NCBI GenBank assembly: GCA_963801355.1
Contig: CAWDEM010000008.1
Span: 928,001-992,000, forward strand
From: Ignavibacteriota bacterium
GTDB lineage: Bacteria; Bacteroidota; Ignavibacteria; UBA10030; UBA6906
Length of the DNA stretch: 64,000 nucleotides
Reading direction: 5' to 3'
The position numbers and the translations under genes are program-made. The notes beneath the pieces were generated by a model. The model saw only the letters and a program-made list of their open reading frames with translations. It did not search any database and had not been told where the DNA came from. Numbering within the stretch: the stretch's first letter is position 1; each line of letters begins with the position of its first letter. Below, piece by piece: positions 20,094 through 30,386 of this stretch.

Positions 20094-21662
20094 CTAAGCT
20101 CCTGGGGCGGGCAGTGTTGGGGGAGCGTGTTTACACAGTAGGTGCGAGACCAGTCGTGCGGCGGGCGTATTATCGCCGAGATAGCGGGCAACATCCTTCA
20201 CACTGATGACCCCGGTGGTTCTGTAGGTCACGAGCGCAAGCAGGCCCACGGCGAGCACAGGCAGAAGCACGGCCAGCTTGCCGGTCCCTGCCAGTGGGAA
20301 GAGCAGACCCACGGCGGCGGGAGCGCCCATCACCAGGGCAATAGCTCCACCCTGCCTCCAGTTGTCGAGCACTCCCGTGCCCAGTAAGCGTTGCTGGTAC
20401 CAGTAGAGCAGCAGCCAGGCACAGAGATTTGACATCACGTTGCCTGCCACCGCGGCATAGTACCCCATGGAGGGCAGGAGCACAAAAAAGACCACGGTAT
20501 TGACGATGACATTCACCGCCTGCGCCAGCACCGTCCGCGATGCGTAACCCTTCGCCATCAGGAACTGGTAGAAGGGAGTAATCGTCAGGCTTCCGAGGAG
20601 ATAGGATGCTACCATCCAGATAATCGTGACGGACAGCACTCCGACATTTGCATCGAAGAAGAGCGAGACCAAAGGCGTTGTGGCGAGGATTGTCATCCCC
20701 ACCATCGGGGCGACCAGGAGCACTGATTTCTGTTCGACATCGTGCACGATGGACCTGATGCCCTCGGGGTCACTCCTGGTTGACAGGAGAGGATAGAGCG
20801 GATAGAGCAGTTTGAACACCAGTCCGGTGACGAGATTCCGGGCACGGAGACCGATTTCGAACAGCCCGACTTCGCGCATGCCGAGGAACTGTGCGATGAG
20901 GATGCGGACAAGCGGCTCGTAGAAGAAGTTGATCAGGCCGGCAGAGAAGAGCTGGAGGCCATAGGTGAGCTGTTTGCGTGCCAGGCGTGCAAAGTCCGCC
21001 CGTAAGCCGGCGACCACAGGCATTCCCCAGGTCTTCAGCATGCTGATCACCACAGTCCCGAACCAGATAACGGTAGCGACGAGGACAGCAATCGCGAGCA
21101 GATGGAATGAAGCCCAGAGGCGGACAACAATGAGGATCGAGCCCCAGTACAGCACCGCATAGACCATCTGACACATATTCGTCACATGGACTTTCTGTTG
21201 CGCATCGAGGACGGCGGTGAACGTCTGGCCGATGAGCACCAGACCATTGCTGACCAGCATTGACCGGTACACCCAGACCGCTCCGCCGCTCATAGCTGGC
21301 GGAACATTCAGAACCTTCAGGATCACGAACTGTTCAAAGACAAATCCGAGCACCGTCAGGGGCAGCGTCACAGACACCAGCAGAAGCAGCGTCACGAGAA
21401 TGTCGTGGTCCGACTCGCGGGTCTTGCCCTGCTCGGCCAGAAAGCGTACCAGGGTGGAATTGAGTCCCAGGTTGGCGAAGGTATTGGCGCTTCCCACCAA
21501 TGTAAGCACAGAGAAGACACCCCACGCTTCCGGGCCCAGCGTCTTGATGAAAAGCGGGATCGTCAGCACGACGAGCACTGTGGCCACGACGACCTGGAGC
21601 GCCCCGGAAACGGAGCCCCTGGTGAGGTCAGAACGCAGTGTCGACTTTCGTGCCGCGCTCAT
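20094..21662 (-). CDS. Wzx polysaccharide flippase
   Basis: Multi-TM protein starting MSAARKSTL at an ATGA overlap with the upstream stop; LGPEAWGVF..ANLGL. Confidence 0.85.
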   Translation of the reverse strand: MSAARKSTLRSDLTRGSVSGALQVVVATVLVVLTIPLFIKTLGPEAWGVFSVLTLVGSANTFANLGLNSTLVRFLAEQGKTRESDHDILVTLLLLVSVTLPLTVLGFVFEQFVILKVLNVPPAMSGGAVWVYRSMLVSNGLVLIGQTFTAVLDAQQKVHVTNMCQMVYAVLYWGSILIVVRLWASFHLLAIAVLVATVIWFGTVVISMLKTWGMPVVAGLRADFARLARKQLTYGLQLFSAGLINFFYEPLVRILIAQFLGMREVGLFEIGLRARNLVTGLVFKLLYPLYPLLSTRSDPEGIRSIVHDVEQKSVLLVAPMVGMTILATTPLVSLFFDANVGVLSVTIIWMVASYLLGSLTITPFYQFLMAKGYASRTVLAQAVNVIVNTVVFFVLLPSMGYYAAVAGNVMSNLCAWLLLYWYQQRLLGTGVLDNWRQGGAIALVMGAPAAVGLLFPLAGTGKLAVLLPVLAVGLLALVTYRTTGVISVKDVARYLGDNTPAARLVSHLLCKHAPPTLPAPGA

Positions 21663-23065
21663 GCGGGTGTGCCTTCTTGTTGGCGCCTGTACATCGCCTG
21701 CACCAATCCGACGATGATGCCGAACAGCACGATCCCCTGCCCGTAGATCCAGGAGTCCGTCAGGACCATCGAGAGTGTGCAATAGATCATGACCGCGAAT
21801 CCGACAGTCGCATAGCGCAGTTCCTGCAGCCCGGAGGCCCGGCGAACGGTGCGGGCGGCCAGGCGGACGATGGACACGATGAGGAACAGAAAAGCGGTCA
21901 ATCCGACGAGGCCGGCCTCCGCAGCCACTCCCAGATATGTGATGTGCGCGGAGTTGCCCCGCACGTAGAGTTCGTACAGGAGGGTGGGCACACGGCAATA
22001 TTCGTACGAGGCATCGATAAACCCATACATGCCGATCCCGATCCACGGGTGCGCAAGGAACGCTTGAAACGCCGTGTCCCAGATAATCAGGCGGGTCAGC
22101 AGCGTATTGCGGATGATGATCCCTTCCGCAGTCTCCTGGGTATTGGGATCCGTGATATCGGCGGCCCGGCTGCCCACCGACGGGTTCAGCGCAATTGTTG
22201 CCACTGCGAGTATGGCGAGGGCCCCAATGCAAACCAGGGTAATGGTGATCATCCGTTTCCGCGTTACCCCCGCGATATGGGGGGAGCGGATGAGAAAGGC
22301 ATAGCTCACGATCAGTGTTACGCCTGTGGCGATCCACGCATTGCGTGTCTGCGTCAGTATCAATCCCATCCCGATCACTGCTCCGGCAATCAGCAGGACA
22401 AGACGGCGCCATCCGTGCGAGAACAACGCCACCAGTGCCACCACATTCACTGCGATCCCTGCATAGTCGACGAACATCACACCTGAGAAGCCGTAGTCCC
22501 GTTTCCCGGTCGCAAGAGCCACCGAGATCACATCCGCGCCGGTCACCACCGTCATCACGAGAAACACGATAACGAGACGGCGCATCGCGTCGAGTGAACG
22601 GACAGTCATGAGGACGGCGTACATTGCGATGAGAAACGCCACCAGATTGTACATTTTGGTGATGCTGTGTGCAACGTCGACCGCATTGATGAGCGAAGGA
22701 AGCACCGCGAGTCCAAATAGCATCAACGGCTTCGAGAGCGGCGTGGAAAACTCTTTCCAAGCGAAGTCGCGGTGGTGCAGGACGAACGACAACGCGACGA
22801 TGGGTGTAAACAAGACTCCGCCGACGAACAACGACACATGGAGATCGATGAACAGGAACACTGTGAGACCGATGAGGGCCAGCTCAGGACTGCTGAGTGC
22901 GAGCAGGACAAGTGCCATCGCGGGGAGGAGCAGGAGGGAGGCGGGGGTCCCGTTCCCCCAAACCTGCGCAATGGCAAACAGCAAGGAAAGCGCAATCCCG
23001 CTCAGAATGGCAAAACGGTACTCCTTCTGAAGCGGTGCGCCGCTGATGGACGGCGCAGCATTCAT
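21659..23065 (-). CDS. O-antigen ligase / Wzy polymerase family membrane protein
   Basis: TQTRNAW, RLIIW..HPWIGIG, AHITYL..AEAGLVG; many TM segments. Confidence 0.85.
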   Translation of the reverse strand: MNAAPSISGAPLQKEYRFAILSGIALSLLFAIAQVWGNGTPASLLLLPAMALVLLALSSPELALIGLTVFLFIDLHVSLFVGGVLFTPIVALSFVLHHRDFAWKEFSTPLSKPLMLFGLAVLPSLINAVDVAHSITKMYNLVAFLIAMYAVLMTVRSLDAMRRLVIVFLVMTVVTGADVISVALATGKRDYGFSGVMFVDYAGIAVNVVALVALFSHGWRRLVLLIAGAVIGMGLILTQTRNAWIATGVTLIVSYAFLIRSPHIAGVTRKRMITITLVCIGALAILAVATIALNPSVGSRAADITDPNTQETAEGIIIRNTLLTRLIIWDTAFQAFLAHPWIGIGMYGFIDASYEYCRVPTLLYELYVRGNSAHITYLGVAAEAGLVGLTAFLFLIVSIVRLAARTVRRASGLQELRYATVGFAVMIYCTLSMVLTDSWIYGQGIVLFGIIVGLVQAMYRRQQEGTPA

Positions 23066-24264
23066 ACCCTGGTTTTCCTCGAGGTCCACTTCCACCGCCG
23101 CATGTCAGCGAACAGGGTCTTCAATTTCTGGTCTTCGGTGTGATCGATCGCGTCACGGATCAGGAGGGAGACGTACACCAGGAGTGTGACGGACAGCGCA
23201 CCGATCAGAGAGAACAACACCCGCGGGGGGTAGCTTTTCTTGGCCGGGGGTATGCCGTAGTCGATCACCTGGAGCACGGGATAGTCTTTTGCCTCCTCGA
23301 GTTTTGCCTGTTCGTAGAGCGGAGTAATGAACTCCAGAATGAGATTCCCGATTTCCACTTCCCGGTACCGCCGGAGATATTCCACTGCCGTTCGCGGCAG
23401 AGTTTTCAAGGGAAGGAGCGTGCTTCCGGGGGCGCTCTTCGAACGTAGTTCGACAAGTTTCGACTCGAATGCGGAAATCTGCATCTGCGCTTCGCGGACC
23501 TGCGGCGATTCACGGTCGTACATCTTCTCCAGAATGCCCTCCTGGATGCGCTTCGCGGCAAGTTCGGCCTCCAGTGTCGCATGGGCCGTCACGATGCCTT
23601 CGAGCTGCTTCTTGGCATCCATGAGGCCTGTGCGCTCCTGGTATGTCCGGAGCGAATCTTCTGCGGTCTTCAGCTGCTGCCGCACTTCATCCAGACGCTT
23701 CTCGAGAAAGATCCTGTTTTGCCTCGAACGGGCGGTATTCAACGCCACGATGCGTTCGTTCATTTTGCGCACGATCGTGTTGGTGATGTCGGCGGACTTA
23801 GCGGCAGTGTTGGCGCGCGCCGTTATTATGTACGACCATTCCTCGGTCTCCTGGGTGAACACCTCCTTCCGCAGTCGCTTGATCGCCTTCTCCATGTGTT
23901 CGACGTCCGACGTGTCCAGATCGTAGCTTTCAAGCAAGCCGAACGTTTTGATGATATCTTCCATCATCGTCCGGCTGTAGATGATGGTGGCGTAGAGATC
24001 CATCTCGGAACGCGGTGTCCGGCTCCCCAGGCCGAGCGAGATCCCCTTCATGCTGCGCAGGAGGCCGCTTGCGAGCGACTGGGATTCCTCGCCACGGGGG
24101 ATCAAGACGGCTGTCGACTCGTACTCCTCTTCGACGAAGAAGTAGACCCCCAGGTAGACGACGACCAGGGAGATCATGAACACAGCCAGGAACATTTCCT
24201 TGCGTTTGATCGCGAAGGTCAGATAGTCGAGCAGGTGGAACTCTTTGCTGTTGATTGCGGGCAT
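23062..24264 (-). CDS. Wzz/GumC-like chain-length regulator without a kinase domain
   Basis: N- and C-terminal TM segments, coiled coil, VIDYGIPPAKKSYPPR. Confidence 0.82.
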   Translation of the reverse strand: MPAINSKEFHLLDYLTFAIKRKEMFLAVFMISLVVVYLGVYFFVEEEYESTAVLIPRGEESQSLASGLLRSMKGISLGLGSRTPRSEMDLYATIIYSRTMMEDIIKTFGLLESYDLDTSDVEHMEKAIKRLRKEVFTQETEEWSYIITARANTAAKSADITNTIVRKMNERIVALNTARSRQNRIFLEKRLDEVRQQLKTAEDSLRTYQERTGLMDAKKQLEGIVTAHATLEAELAAKRIQEGILEKMYDRESPQVREAQMQISAFESKLVELRSKSAPGSTLLPLKTLPRTAVEYLRRYREVEIGNLILEFITPLYEQAKLEEAKDYPVLQVIDYGIPPAKKSYPPRVLFSLIGALSVTLLVYVSLLIRDAIDHTEDQKLKTLFADMRRWKWTSRKTRV

Positions 24265-24308
24265 GGTTTCGCCGGATCAGTGTCAGGTCATTGGACGAAT
24301 GTGCGTGG

Positions 24309-25985
24309 CTATTTGCCCATCTGGATTGCAAGCAGTGCGATGCTCACAGCGGCGCTCAGCACCGCCGCGGATTGGGCAACGATATTCAACACGTAACCGA
24401 AAGGTCTTTCCGGATCCATCGGCACCCAGACATAGTCGCCTTCGGAGACTACCTGGTCTTCCGGAGAAATCCATTGGCGTGTGCGGGCCTTCACGATCTT
24501 GACATCGCTTTCCCTGGCCCGGTCTGTGACTCCACCGGCCCGCTGGATATAGTACCAGGCATCCCGCCCCGGGATGAACTCGATATGCCCCGGATTGAGG
24601 ACCTGGCCGAACACATAGATGGTCTTGCTGATCTGCGGTACAACGATGAGATCATTGTCCTGCAACAGGACGTTCTGTGTTGAATCACCGTGCAGGAAGA
24701 GCGCGGCGAAGTCCACCTGCACAAGTTCTTTACGGAGGCGGAGCGAGGTCTCGAGGTGGAAATACAAACTGTCTTCTTCTGGCACTCCACCCCTCTGGCT
24801 TTGCAGCCGTTCGATTTCGATTTCCGCCGGATCCACGGAGCGACGTATCAGCTCCGCGGAGGCCAGAGAAGCATCAGCAAGAAATCCCCCGGCACTCCGG
24901 ATGATATCTGCCAGTCGTGTTGAATTCCTGGTGACCGGATAGACTCCGGGGTTTTTTACCTGTCCTCTCACCGACACGACGTAGTCGCCCCGGAGGTCGG
25001 AATAACCCGGCACCACCAACCGGTCGCCCGGCTGGAGCGGAAAGTCCCCTTCGCCCCGGGAGAGAATTGCATCGCCGTCGAGGAGGCGGCGCATCAACAC
25101 GTTGCCCTGAAGGTCCTGCCGGATGAATACCACGCTATCTTTTTTGGCGAACGAACTGAAGCCAAACGCTATCCTCAGCGCATCTCGCACGCTGTCTCCG
25201 ATGGCGAATTCATATCTCCCGGGAACATTGACATGCCCGTAGACCCCAAACACGTTGCGGGAGAAATCATTGACCGGAACGACGATAATGTCTCCCTCCC
25301 GCAGGTAGGGATTCCAGCGGTCATCCTTTGTCACCAGGAACTTCTTCAGGTCCACACGCGACTGTGTGCCGTCATTGTGGCGGACGAGGATACGCCGTGT
25401 GGACATATCGCCTTTCATGGTCGCCACATCACCGGTCAGGAGTGGGTCGATCGTCCGGTCGGCCTCCTCGATAGCCTTGTCCACCCGTGCGTATGCGGGG
25501 AGCACATAAGAGCCGGGTTTGACGACCCGGCCCTGCACCGTAACGACGACTGAACGGGGCGCAATCAATGTGATGGAAGCATCCCCGAACTTGTAGCGTT
25601 TTCGGATTTCCGCTCCGAGCTTTGTGCGGGCATCTGCGAGTGTCATTCCTGCCACCGCGAATTCCCCCACGGTCGGCACGATCAGCGTCCCTTCCGGGGT
25701 CACCGTGAGACGGAGCGTGCGCGGCGGATCGGTCCATATGCTTACACCGAAGCCATCCGAAGGGCCCACGACGTAGTTGTTCGGATTGATGACCGACTCC
25801 AGCGCCGGACCCGGGGTGGCGGGTTGAGTCAATGCTTCGAGCGAGGGTGATTCCTTCTCACGGGTTCCCAGGCGCTCCAGGAGTGATCCCGGGGGGTTCG
25901 TCTGGGAGGAGGCCGTTGAGAGCATTGTGATGAACGCCAGCGCCGCAAACGCCATCCTCGTGAAATGTATGCGCTTACCGACCAT
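24309..25985 (-). CDS. Polysaccharide export protein with SLBB repeats (Wza/KpsD-like)
   Basis: Signal peptide, YVVGPSD, repeated V.V.G.V..PG motifs, C-terminal amphipathic helix. Confidence 0.85.
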   Translation of the reverse strand: MVGKRIHFTRMAFAALAFITMLSTASSQTNPPGSLLERLGTREKESPSLEALTQPATPGPALESVINPNNYVVGPSDGFGVSIWTDPPRTLRLTVTPEGTLIVPTVGEFAVAGMTLADARTKLGAEIRKRYKFGDASITLIAPRSVVVTVQGRVVKPGSYVLPAYARVDKAIEEADRTIDPLLTGDVATMKGDMSTRRILVRHNDGTQSRVDLKKFLVTKDDRWNPYLREGDIIVVPVNDFSRNVFGVYGHVNVPGRYEFAIGDSVRDALRIAFGFSSFAKKDSVVFIRQDLQGNVLMRRLLDGDAILSRGEGDFPLQPGDRLVVPGYSDLRGDYVVSVRGQVKNPGVYPVTRNSTRLADIIRSAGGFLADASLASAELIRRSVDPAEIEIERLQSQRGGVPEEDSLYFHLETSLRLRKELVQVDFAALFLHGDSTQNVLLQDNDLIVVPQISKTIYVFGQVLNPGHIEFIPGRDAWYYIQRAGGVTDRARESDVKIVKARTRQWISPEDQVVSEGDYVWVPMDPERPFGYVLNIVAQSAAVLSAAVSIALLAIQMGK

Positions 25986-26988
25986 AGTACATTTCCTCAT
26001 AGTATTGCTTGTAGGCGCCGCTGGTGATCCGCTGCCACCATGCTTTGTTGGCAAGATACCAGTCCACCGTGCGGGCCAACCCCTCATCAAACTTCAGTGA
26101 CGGAGCCCAGCCGAGCTCCCGCGAGATTTTTGCGGCATCAATGGCGTACCGGCGATCGTGGCCGGGCCGGTCCTTCACAAACCGGATCAACGTATCCGGC
26201 TTGTCGAGCTTCTTGAGCAGCAGGCGCACGATGTCGATATTCGCCCACTCGTTGTTTCCGCCGATGTTGTACACCTCCCCGATCTTCCCCTGCCCCATGA
26301 CGGCGTCGATGGCGGCGCAGTGGTCTTCCACGAACAACCAGTCGCGCACATTCAACCCGTCGCCGTACACGGGCAGCGGCGTGTCGTGCAGGGCGTTGAT
26401 GATCATTAGGGGTATCAGTTTCTCGGGAAACTGATATGGGCCGTAGTTGTTTGAACAGCGGGTCACGACAACGGGGAGGCCGAACGTATGTCCGTAGGCC
26501 AGCGCCACCATATCCGAGGATGCCTTGCTCGCCGCGTAGGGGCTGTTGGGGTGCAGGGGGGTCGACTCCGTGAACTTTCCCTCGGTGTCGAGCGAACCGT
26601 ACACCTCATCGGTGGAGACATGCACAAACCGCTCGATGCCGGTCTCCTTCGCCACATCCAGCAGGACCTGTGTGCCCAGGACGTTGGTTGTGATGAACAC
26701 CCCGGCGCCGAGTATGCTCCGGTCCACGTGCGACTCGGCGGCAAAATGAACCACCGTATCTATGTGATGGTTGCGGAATGCGCTGTCAACCTCTCCCCGC
26801 TCGCAGATGTCGCCCCGGACGAAGTGGTACCGCGGATCGCCTTCACATTCTTTCAGATTCTCCAGGTTCCCGGCATACGTGAGCTTGTCGAAATTGACGA
26901 CGTTGACATCGTCATGGGTACGCAGAATGTAGCGGACAAAGTTGCTGCCAATGAAGCCTGCACCGCCTGTGACAAGGAGATTTTTCAT
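25975..26988 (-). CDS. rfbB: dTDP-glucose 4,6-dehydratase
   Basis: [44 protein letters not shown]. Confidence 0.96.
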   Translation of the reverse strand: MKNLLVTGGAGFIGSNFVRYILRTHDDVNVVNFDKLTYAGNLENLKECEGDPRYHFVRGDICERGEVDSAFRNHHIDTVVHFAAESHVDRSILGAGVFITTNVLGTQVLLDVAKETGIERFVHVSTDEVYGSLDTEGKFTESTPLHPNSPYAASKASSDMVALAYGHTFGLPVVVTRCSNNYGPYQFPEKLIPLMIINALHDTPLPVYGDGLNVRDWLFVEDHCAAIDAVMGQGKIGEVYNIGGNNEWANIDIVRLLLKKLDKPDTLIRFVKDRPGHDRRYAIDAAKISRELGWAPSLKFDEGLARTVDWYLANKAWWQRITSGAYKQYYEEMYYGR

Positions 26989-26991
26989 CGT

Positions 26992-27465
26992 TCAATCCAG
27001 GAGGAAGATCGTTCCGGGATCATTCTCGTGGCGTACTTCGTCGACCGGGTCGCGCCTGCCCTTCCCGGCGAAGAGCGTATTGGGCAGGTTGACAACCATG
27101 CCGGGATGCACGCCGACATTCCGGTAGGCGTGGACGATCCCCGGCGGGATGATCAACGTTCGCGGGGAATCTTCCCCCGCATAGACAATCTGTCGGACCA
27201 TGAATGTCGGGGAATCCTTGCGGTTATCCCAGAGATATACTTTGAAATTTGAGGGTCCGAGGAACGCGAAGTAATCAGCCTGGGCCACGTGTTCATGCGG
27301 CCCGCGGGCGACAGATGGGAGGGTCGTGGAGATGTAGGCCATCACCGGAAGATACGCCGGGGAGACCTCGTCAGAACGATACAGCTCGGTCAGCCAGCCC
27401 CGTTCATCCAGGTATTTCACCATATCTTTCACCACGACATCGTGGATCTTGCCGTTCTTGAACAT
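26992..27465 (-). CDS. rfbC: dTDP-4-dehydrorhamnose 3,5-epimerase family cupin
   Basis: DERGWL.E, RGPHEH, D.RKDSPT, IPPGIVH; adjacent to rfbB. Confidence 0.75.
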   Translation of the reverse strand: MFKNGKIHDVVVKDMVKYLDERGWLTELYRSDEVSPAYLPVMAYISTTLPSVARGPHEHVAQADYFAFLGPSNFKVYLWDNRKDSPTFMVRQIVYAGEDSPRTLIIPPGIVHAYRNVGVHPGMVVNLPNTLFAGKGRRDPVDEVRHENDPGTIFLLD

Positions 27466-27617
27466 AAGTATCACCTGTGTAGTGTACGAGCTTTTCGCGT
27501 CCTACCGCATGCTGGGAAAGGGCAAAGACCCGGAGCACCGGGGCGAAGGTTTCTTGACGATCAAGACATCAGTAGCAAGATGAGGAGAGGGGACTCCCTT
27601 ACGTATTCAATTCACAC

Positions 27618-27646
27618 AACTTAACAAATCATCCCTGAAAAGTCAA
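27618..27646 (-). promoter_or_regulatory. Sigma70-type promoter of the polysaccharide operon
   Basis: TTGACT-N17-TAAGTT on the minus strand in an AT-rich intergenic region. Confidence 0.55.
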
Positions 27647-27677
27647 TTCCAGGTTTTCGGCCAAAAAACGGCGAAAT

Positions 27678-29312
27678 CTACATTTTTTCGGGGGCACTGA
27701 TGCCGAGGATGGCAAAACCATTCCGGAGGACGATCTGGACGGCATGACAGAGCAACAACCGTGCGGAGGTCATCGGGATGTCATCCGTGACGACCCTGTG
27801 GACGTGATAGTAGGTATGGAACAGCCCCGCCACATCGTGAAGGTAGTCTGCGAGCCGGTGGGGCTCATACGTCATTGTGCAGGACTCCACCGTTTCGGGA
27901 AACTGCAGAATTCTTCTGATGAGTGCCATTTCTTCCGGCGCGGTCAGGAGATCCACGTCGCTGCTCTCGACCGTGCCTGGACGCCCTTCCTCTCCGGCAA
28001 CCCGCTGGATATTGCATATGCGGGCGTGGGCGTACTGAACGTAATACACCGGATTGTCGAGGGAAGTCTGCCGTGCGAGCGCCAGGTCGAAATTGAGGTG
28101 GCTGGAGATTGTGCGCATCAGGAAGAAAAATCGGACCACATCAGCACCCACATACGCGATCAACTCATCCAGCGTGATAAAGTTGGCTTTGCGGGTTGAC
28201 ATTTTGACTACTTCGCCGCCCTGCGAGATGGTGACGAACTGATGGATAAGCACTTTTACCTTGTTTTCCGCGTACCCGAGGGCCTTCAGGGCGGACAGAA
28301 CGTCGGGATATGTCGCAATATGATCGGCGCCGAAGATATCGATCATCAGGTCATAGCCGCGGCGAAATTTCTCAACATGGTAGGCGATGTCGGGGAGCCG
28401 GTAGGTCGGTTCCCCCGAGCTTTTCACAATCACCTTGTCCTTTTCGCTGCCGAGCGTGGAGGTCTTGAACCACAGCGCTCCGTCCTGTTCGTACGTCAGG
28501 CCCCGGTCTTTAAGCGCCTGGATCACCTCGTTGATTTTGCCGTCGGTGTAGAGCGAATGTTCGTTGTAGTAGTTCTGGAAGACGATGCCGAGTGACTGGA
28601 GGGTTTTCCGGATATCCGCGAAGATCTCTTCCTCCGCGATGGTCTTGAAGAACCCTTCCGCGGGTTCATCGCGGAGTGAGTCTCCTTTCTGCGCGCGGGC
28701 GTGCAGTGCGATGTCACGGATGTATTCGCCCTGGTAGTAGTCGGCGGGGAATTCGACGGGTTCGCCCAGTTCCTGGAGATAGCGAAGCCGGACCGAGTCG
28801 CCGAGGATGCGCATCTGCCGGCCGGCATTGTTGAAGTAGTACTCCCGCTCAACCCGGTGGCCGGTCCATTCCAGCAGTCGCGAAAGGGTATCGCCGAAGA
28901 CGGCGCCGCGTCCGTGGCCGACAGTCAATGGCCCCGTCGGATTGGCACTGACGAACTCCACCTGCACGCGTTTGCCGTCGCCGGAAGCCGATCGGCCGAA
29001 CTTCGTATCCTGAGCGAGCACCTGTGCCAGCTGGCGACGGAAGAAGGCTTCCGTGAATGTCACGTTGATGAATCCCGGTCCGGCCACTTCCACCTTCGCC
29101 ACTGTTGCCGGATCGACGGCGAGGTGCTGCGCGATGCGTTGTGCGAGGTCGCGCGGTTTCATGCCCGCCTGTTTGGCAGTTGTCAGGGCAACGTTGGTTG
29201 TCAGATCGCCGTGACCTTCCTGCCGGGGGCGTTCTACGGTAATGCCTCCCGGTGATGTGATTCCGTTCTGCTGCAATGACGCCGCAATGGCGGCGCGGAG
29301 GTAGTCTCTCAT
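27678..29312 (-). CDS. argS: Arginine--tRNA ligase
   Basis: VAGPGFIN, EFVSANPTGPLTVGHGR, KMSTRK, YVQYAHAR, SAPEKM. Confidence 0.97.
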   Translation of the reverse strand: MRDYLRAAIAASLQQNGITSPGGITVERPRQEGHGDLTTNVALTTAKQAGMKPRDLAQRIAQHLAVDPATVAKVEVAGPGFINVTFTEAFFRRQLAQVLAQDTKFGRSASGDGKRVQVEFVSANPTGPLTVGHGRGAVFGDTLSRLLEWTGHRVEREYYFNNAGRQMRILGDSVRLRYLQELGEPVEFPADYYQGEYIRDIALHARAQKGDSLRDEPAEGFFKTIAEEEIFADIRKTLQSLGIVFQNYYNEHSLYTDGKINEVIQALKDRGLTYEQDGALWFKTSTLGSEKDKVIVKSSGEPTYRLPDIAYHVEKFRRGYDLMIDIFGADHIATYPDVLSALKALGYAENKVKVLIHQFVTISQGGEVVKMSTRKANFITLDELIAYVGADVVRFFFLMRTISSHLNFDLALARQTSLDNPVYYVQYAHARICNIQRVAGEEGRPGTVESSDVDLLTAPEEMALIRRILQFPETVESCTMTYEPHRLADYLHDVAGLFHTYYHVHRVVTDDIPMTSARLLLCHAVQIVLRNGFAILGISAPEKM

Positions 29313-29815
29313 GAAGCTTTCTTCCTCTGGGGTGCAGCTTTCTTTGTCTGAGGGCCGGTTTTCTTCGTCTGAGGGCCGACCTTTTTTGTATGAGGGCCGG
29401 CTTTCTTTCCCCGGGGGGCTGCTTTCTTCGAGGCGACTCTACGGGCCGTCTTTTTGAGTTTCGGAGCGGGGACTTCATCCCTCACCCGTTTGATCTCCGC
29501 ATCCCCCCAGAGTTTTTCCAGATTGTAAAATGGCCGGATATGTTTGTGGAACACATGCACGACCACATCCACATAATCCAGCAGCACCCAGTTCGGACTG
29601 CCCACTTCACGATGCCACACCGGGATCCCTTGTTCCGCAAGTCCGGCAGTTATCCCGTCAGCAATTGCTTTGATCTGCGTGTCGGTATCACCTGAACAGA
29701 CAACAAAGAAGTCGGTGACGCTGCTCAGGCCGCGGAGATTCATGATCACCACGTCCTGTGCCTTCTTGCTCAGCGCCAGATCTGCAACGTGCTTTGCCAG
29801 GATTGAGGGTTTCAC
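29309..29815 (-). CDS. rsfS: Ribosome silencing factor with a Lys-rich repetitive C-terminal tail
   Basis: KKAQDV, DFFVVCSG, WVLLDYVDVVVHVF, FYNLEKLW. Confidence 0.93.
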   Translation of the reverse strand: MKPSILAKHVADLALSKKAQDVVIMNLRGLSSVTDFFVVCSGDTDTQIKAIADGITAGLAEQGIPVWHREVGSPNWVLLDYVDVVVHVFHKHIRPFYNLEKLWGDAEIKRVRDEVPAPKLKKTARRVASKKAAPRGKKAGPHTKKVGPQTKKTGPQTKKAAPQRKKAS

Positions 29816-29828
29816 CGTGTGTGGCTCC

Positions 29829-30287
29829 TTATTGTGCGGGTTTCAGTGATTGATGATCCATACCGATCAGCACCGACACATCCACAAAGTAGTCGGGATT
29901 GATCTGCTGGACGATATGCGGAGCTTCGATACCCAGTGCGGTCGCGACCTTTTCGGCGTTCCGGAGATTTGCGGTCCGCGCGACAACGATGGTATGACGG
30001 ACATCAAAGCGGTGGTAGTTCCGCACTTCGACGACATCATATCCCCTGTCGCGGAGGTACTGTGTGAAGCGCGTGCCCACCTTTGCCGTGCCGCACCCGT
30101 TGATGACGTCCAGCTGTATCGGCTTTCCTTTCGGATCGCCGTCGCGCGCCGGATCGAGGCTGGGTGCGACCGTGAGCCGGAGCACGAAGGAATACGCGAG
30201 GTACGCCACCACGAGGAGGAGGACGATGATGGCCAGATTGAGGAGAGCGCCAGTCGGAAATTTGCGTGCGGAGAATCTGTTTTTCAT
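29829..30287 (-). CDS. LytR C-terminal domain membrane protein
   Basis: One TM segment, then IQLDVINGCG..G and DVSVLIG.D. Confidence 0.82.
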   Translation of the reverse strand: MKNRFSARKFPTGALLNLAIIVLLLVVAYLAYSFVLRLTVAPSLDPARDGDPKGKPIQLDVINGCGTAKVGTRFTQYLRDRGYDVVEVRNYHRFDVRHTIVVARTANLRNAEKVATALGIEAPHIVQQINPDYFVDVSVLIGMDHQSLKPAQ

Positions 30288-30305
30288 CTCTCCCACTTAC
30301 AGAAT

Positions 30306-30347
30306 GAAAAACCGAGGAACCATCCACCGAACGCGGATGTCCTCGGT
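30306..30347 (-). terminator. Intrinsic terminator downstream of the secreted hypothetical gene
   Basis: Minus strand ACCGAGGA-CATCC...GGATG-GT-TCCTCGGT followed by a T run. Confidence 0.7.
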
Positions 30348-30386
30348 CTGTAGACACACCTCGATGTCAGCACGCGATACGCTGTG

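Noticed and set aside
20094-22760. 888-aa flippase fusion protein
   Set aside because: The first 366 codons are an alternative-frame overlap of the wzy-like gene with non-protein-like composition. The real start is ATG 21662 at an ATGA overlap.
27514-27550. c-di-GMP-I riboswitch-like GGCAAA-stem on the plus strand
   Set aside because: It faces away from the operon and lacks the GNRA loop, the GACGCAAA junction and the second stem.
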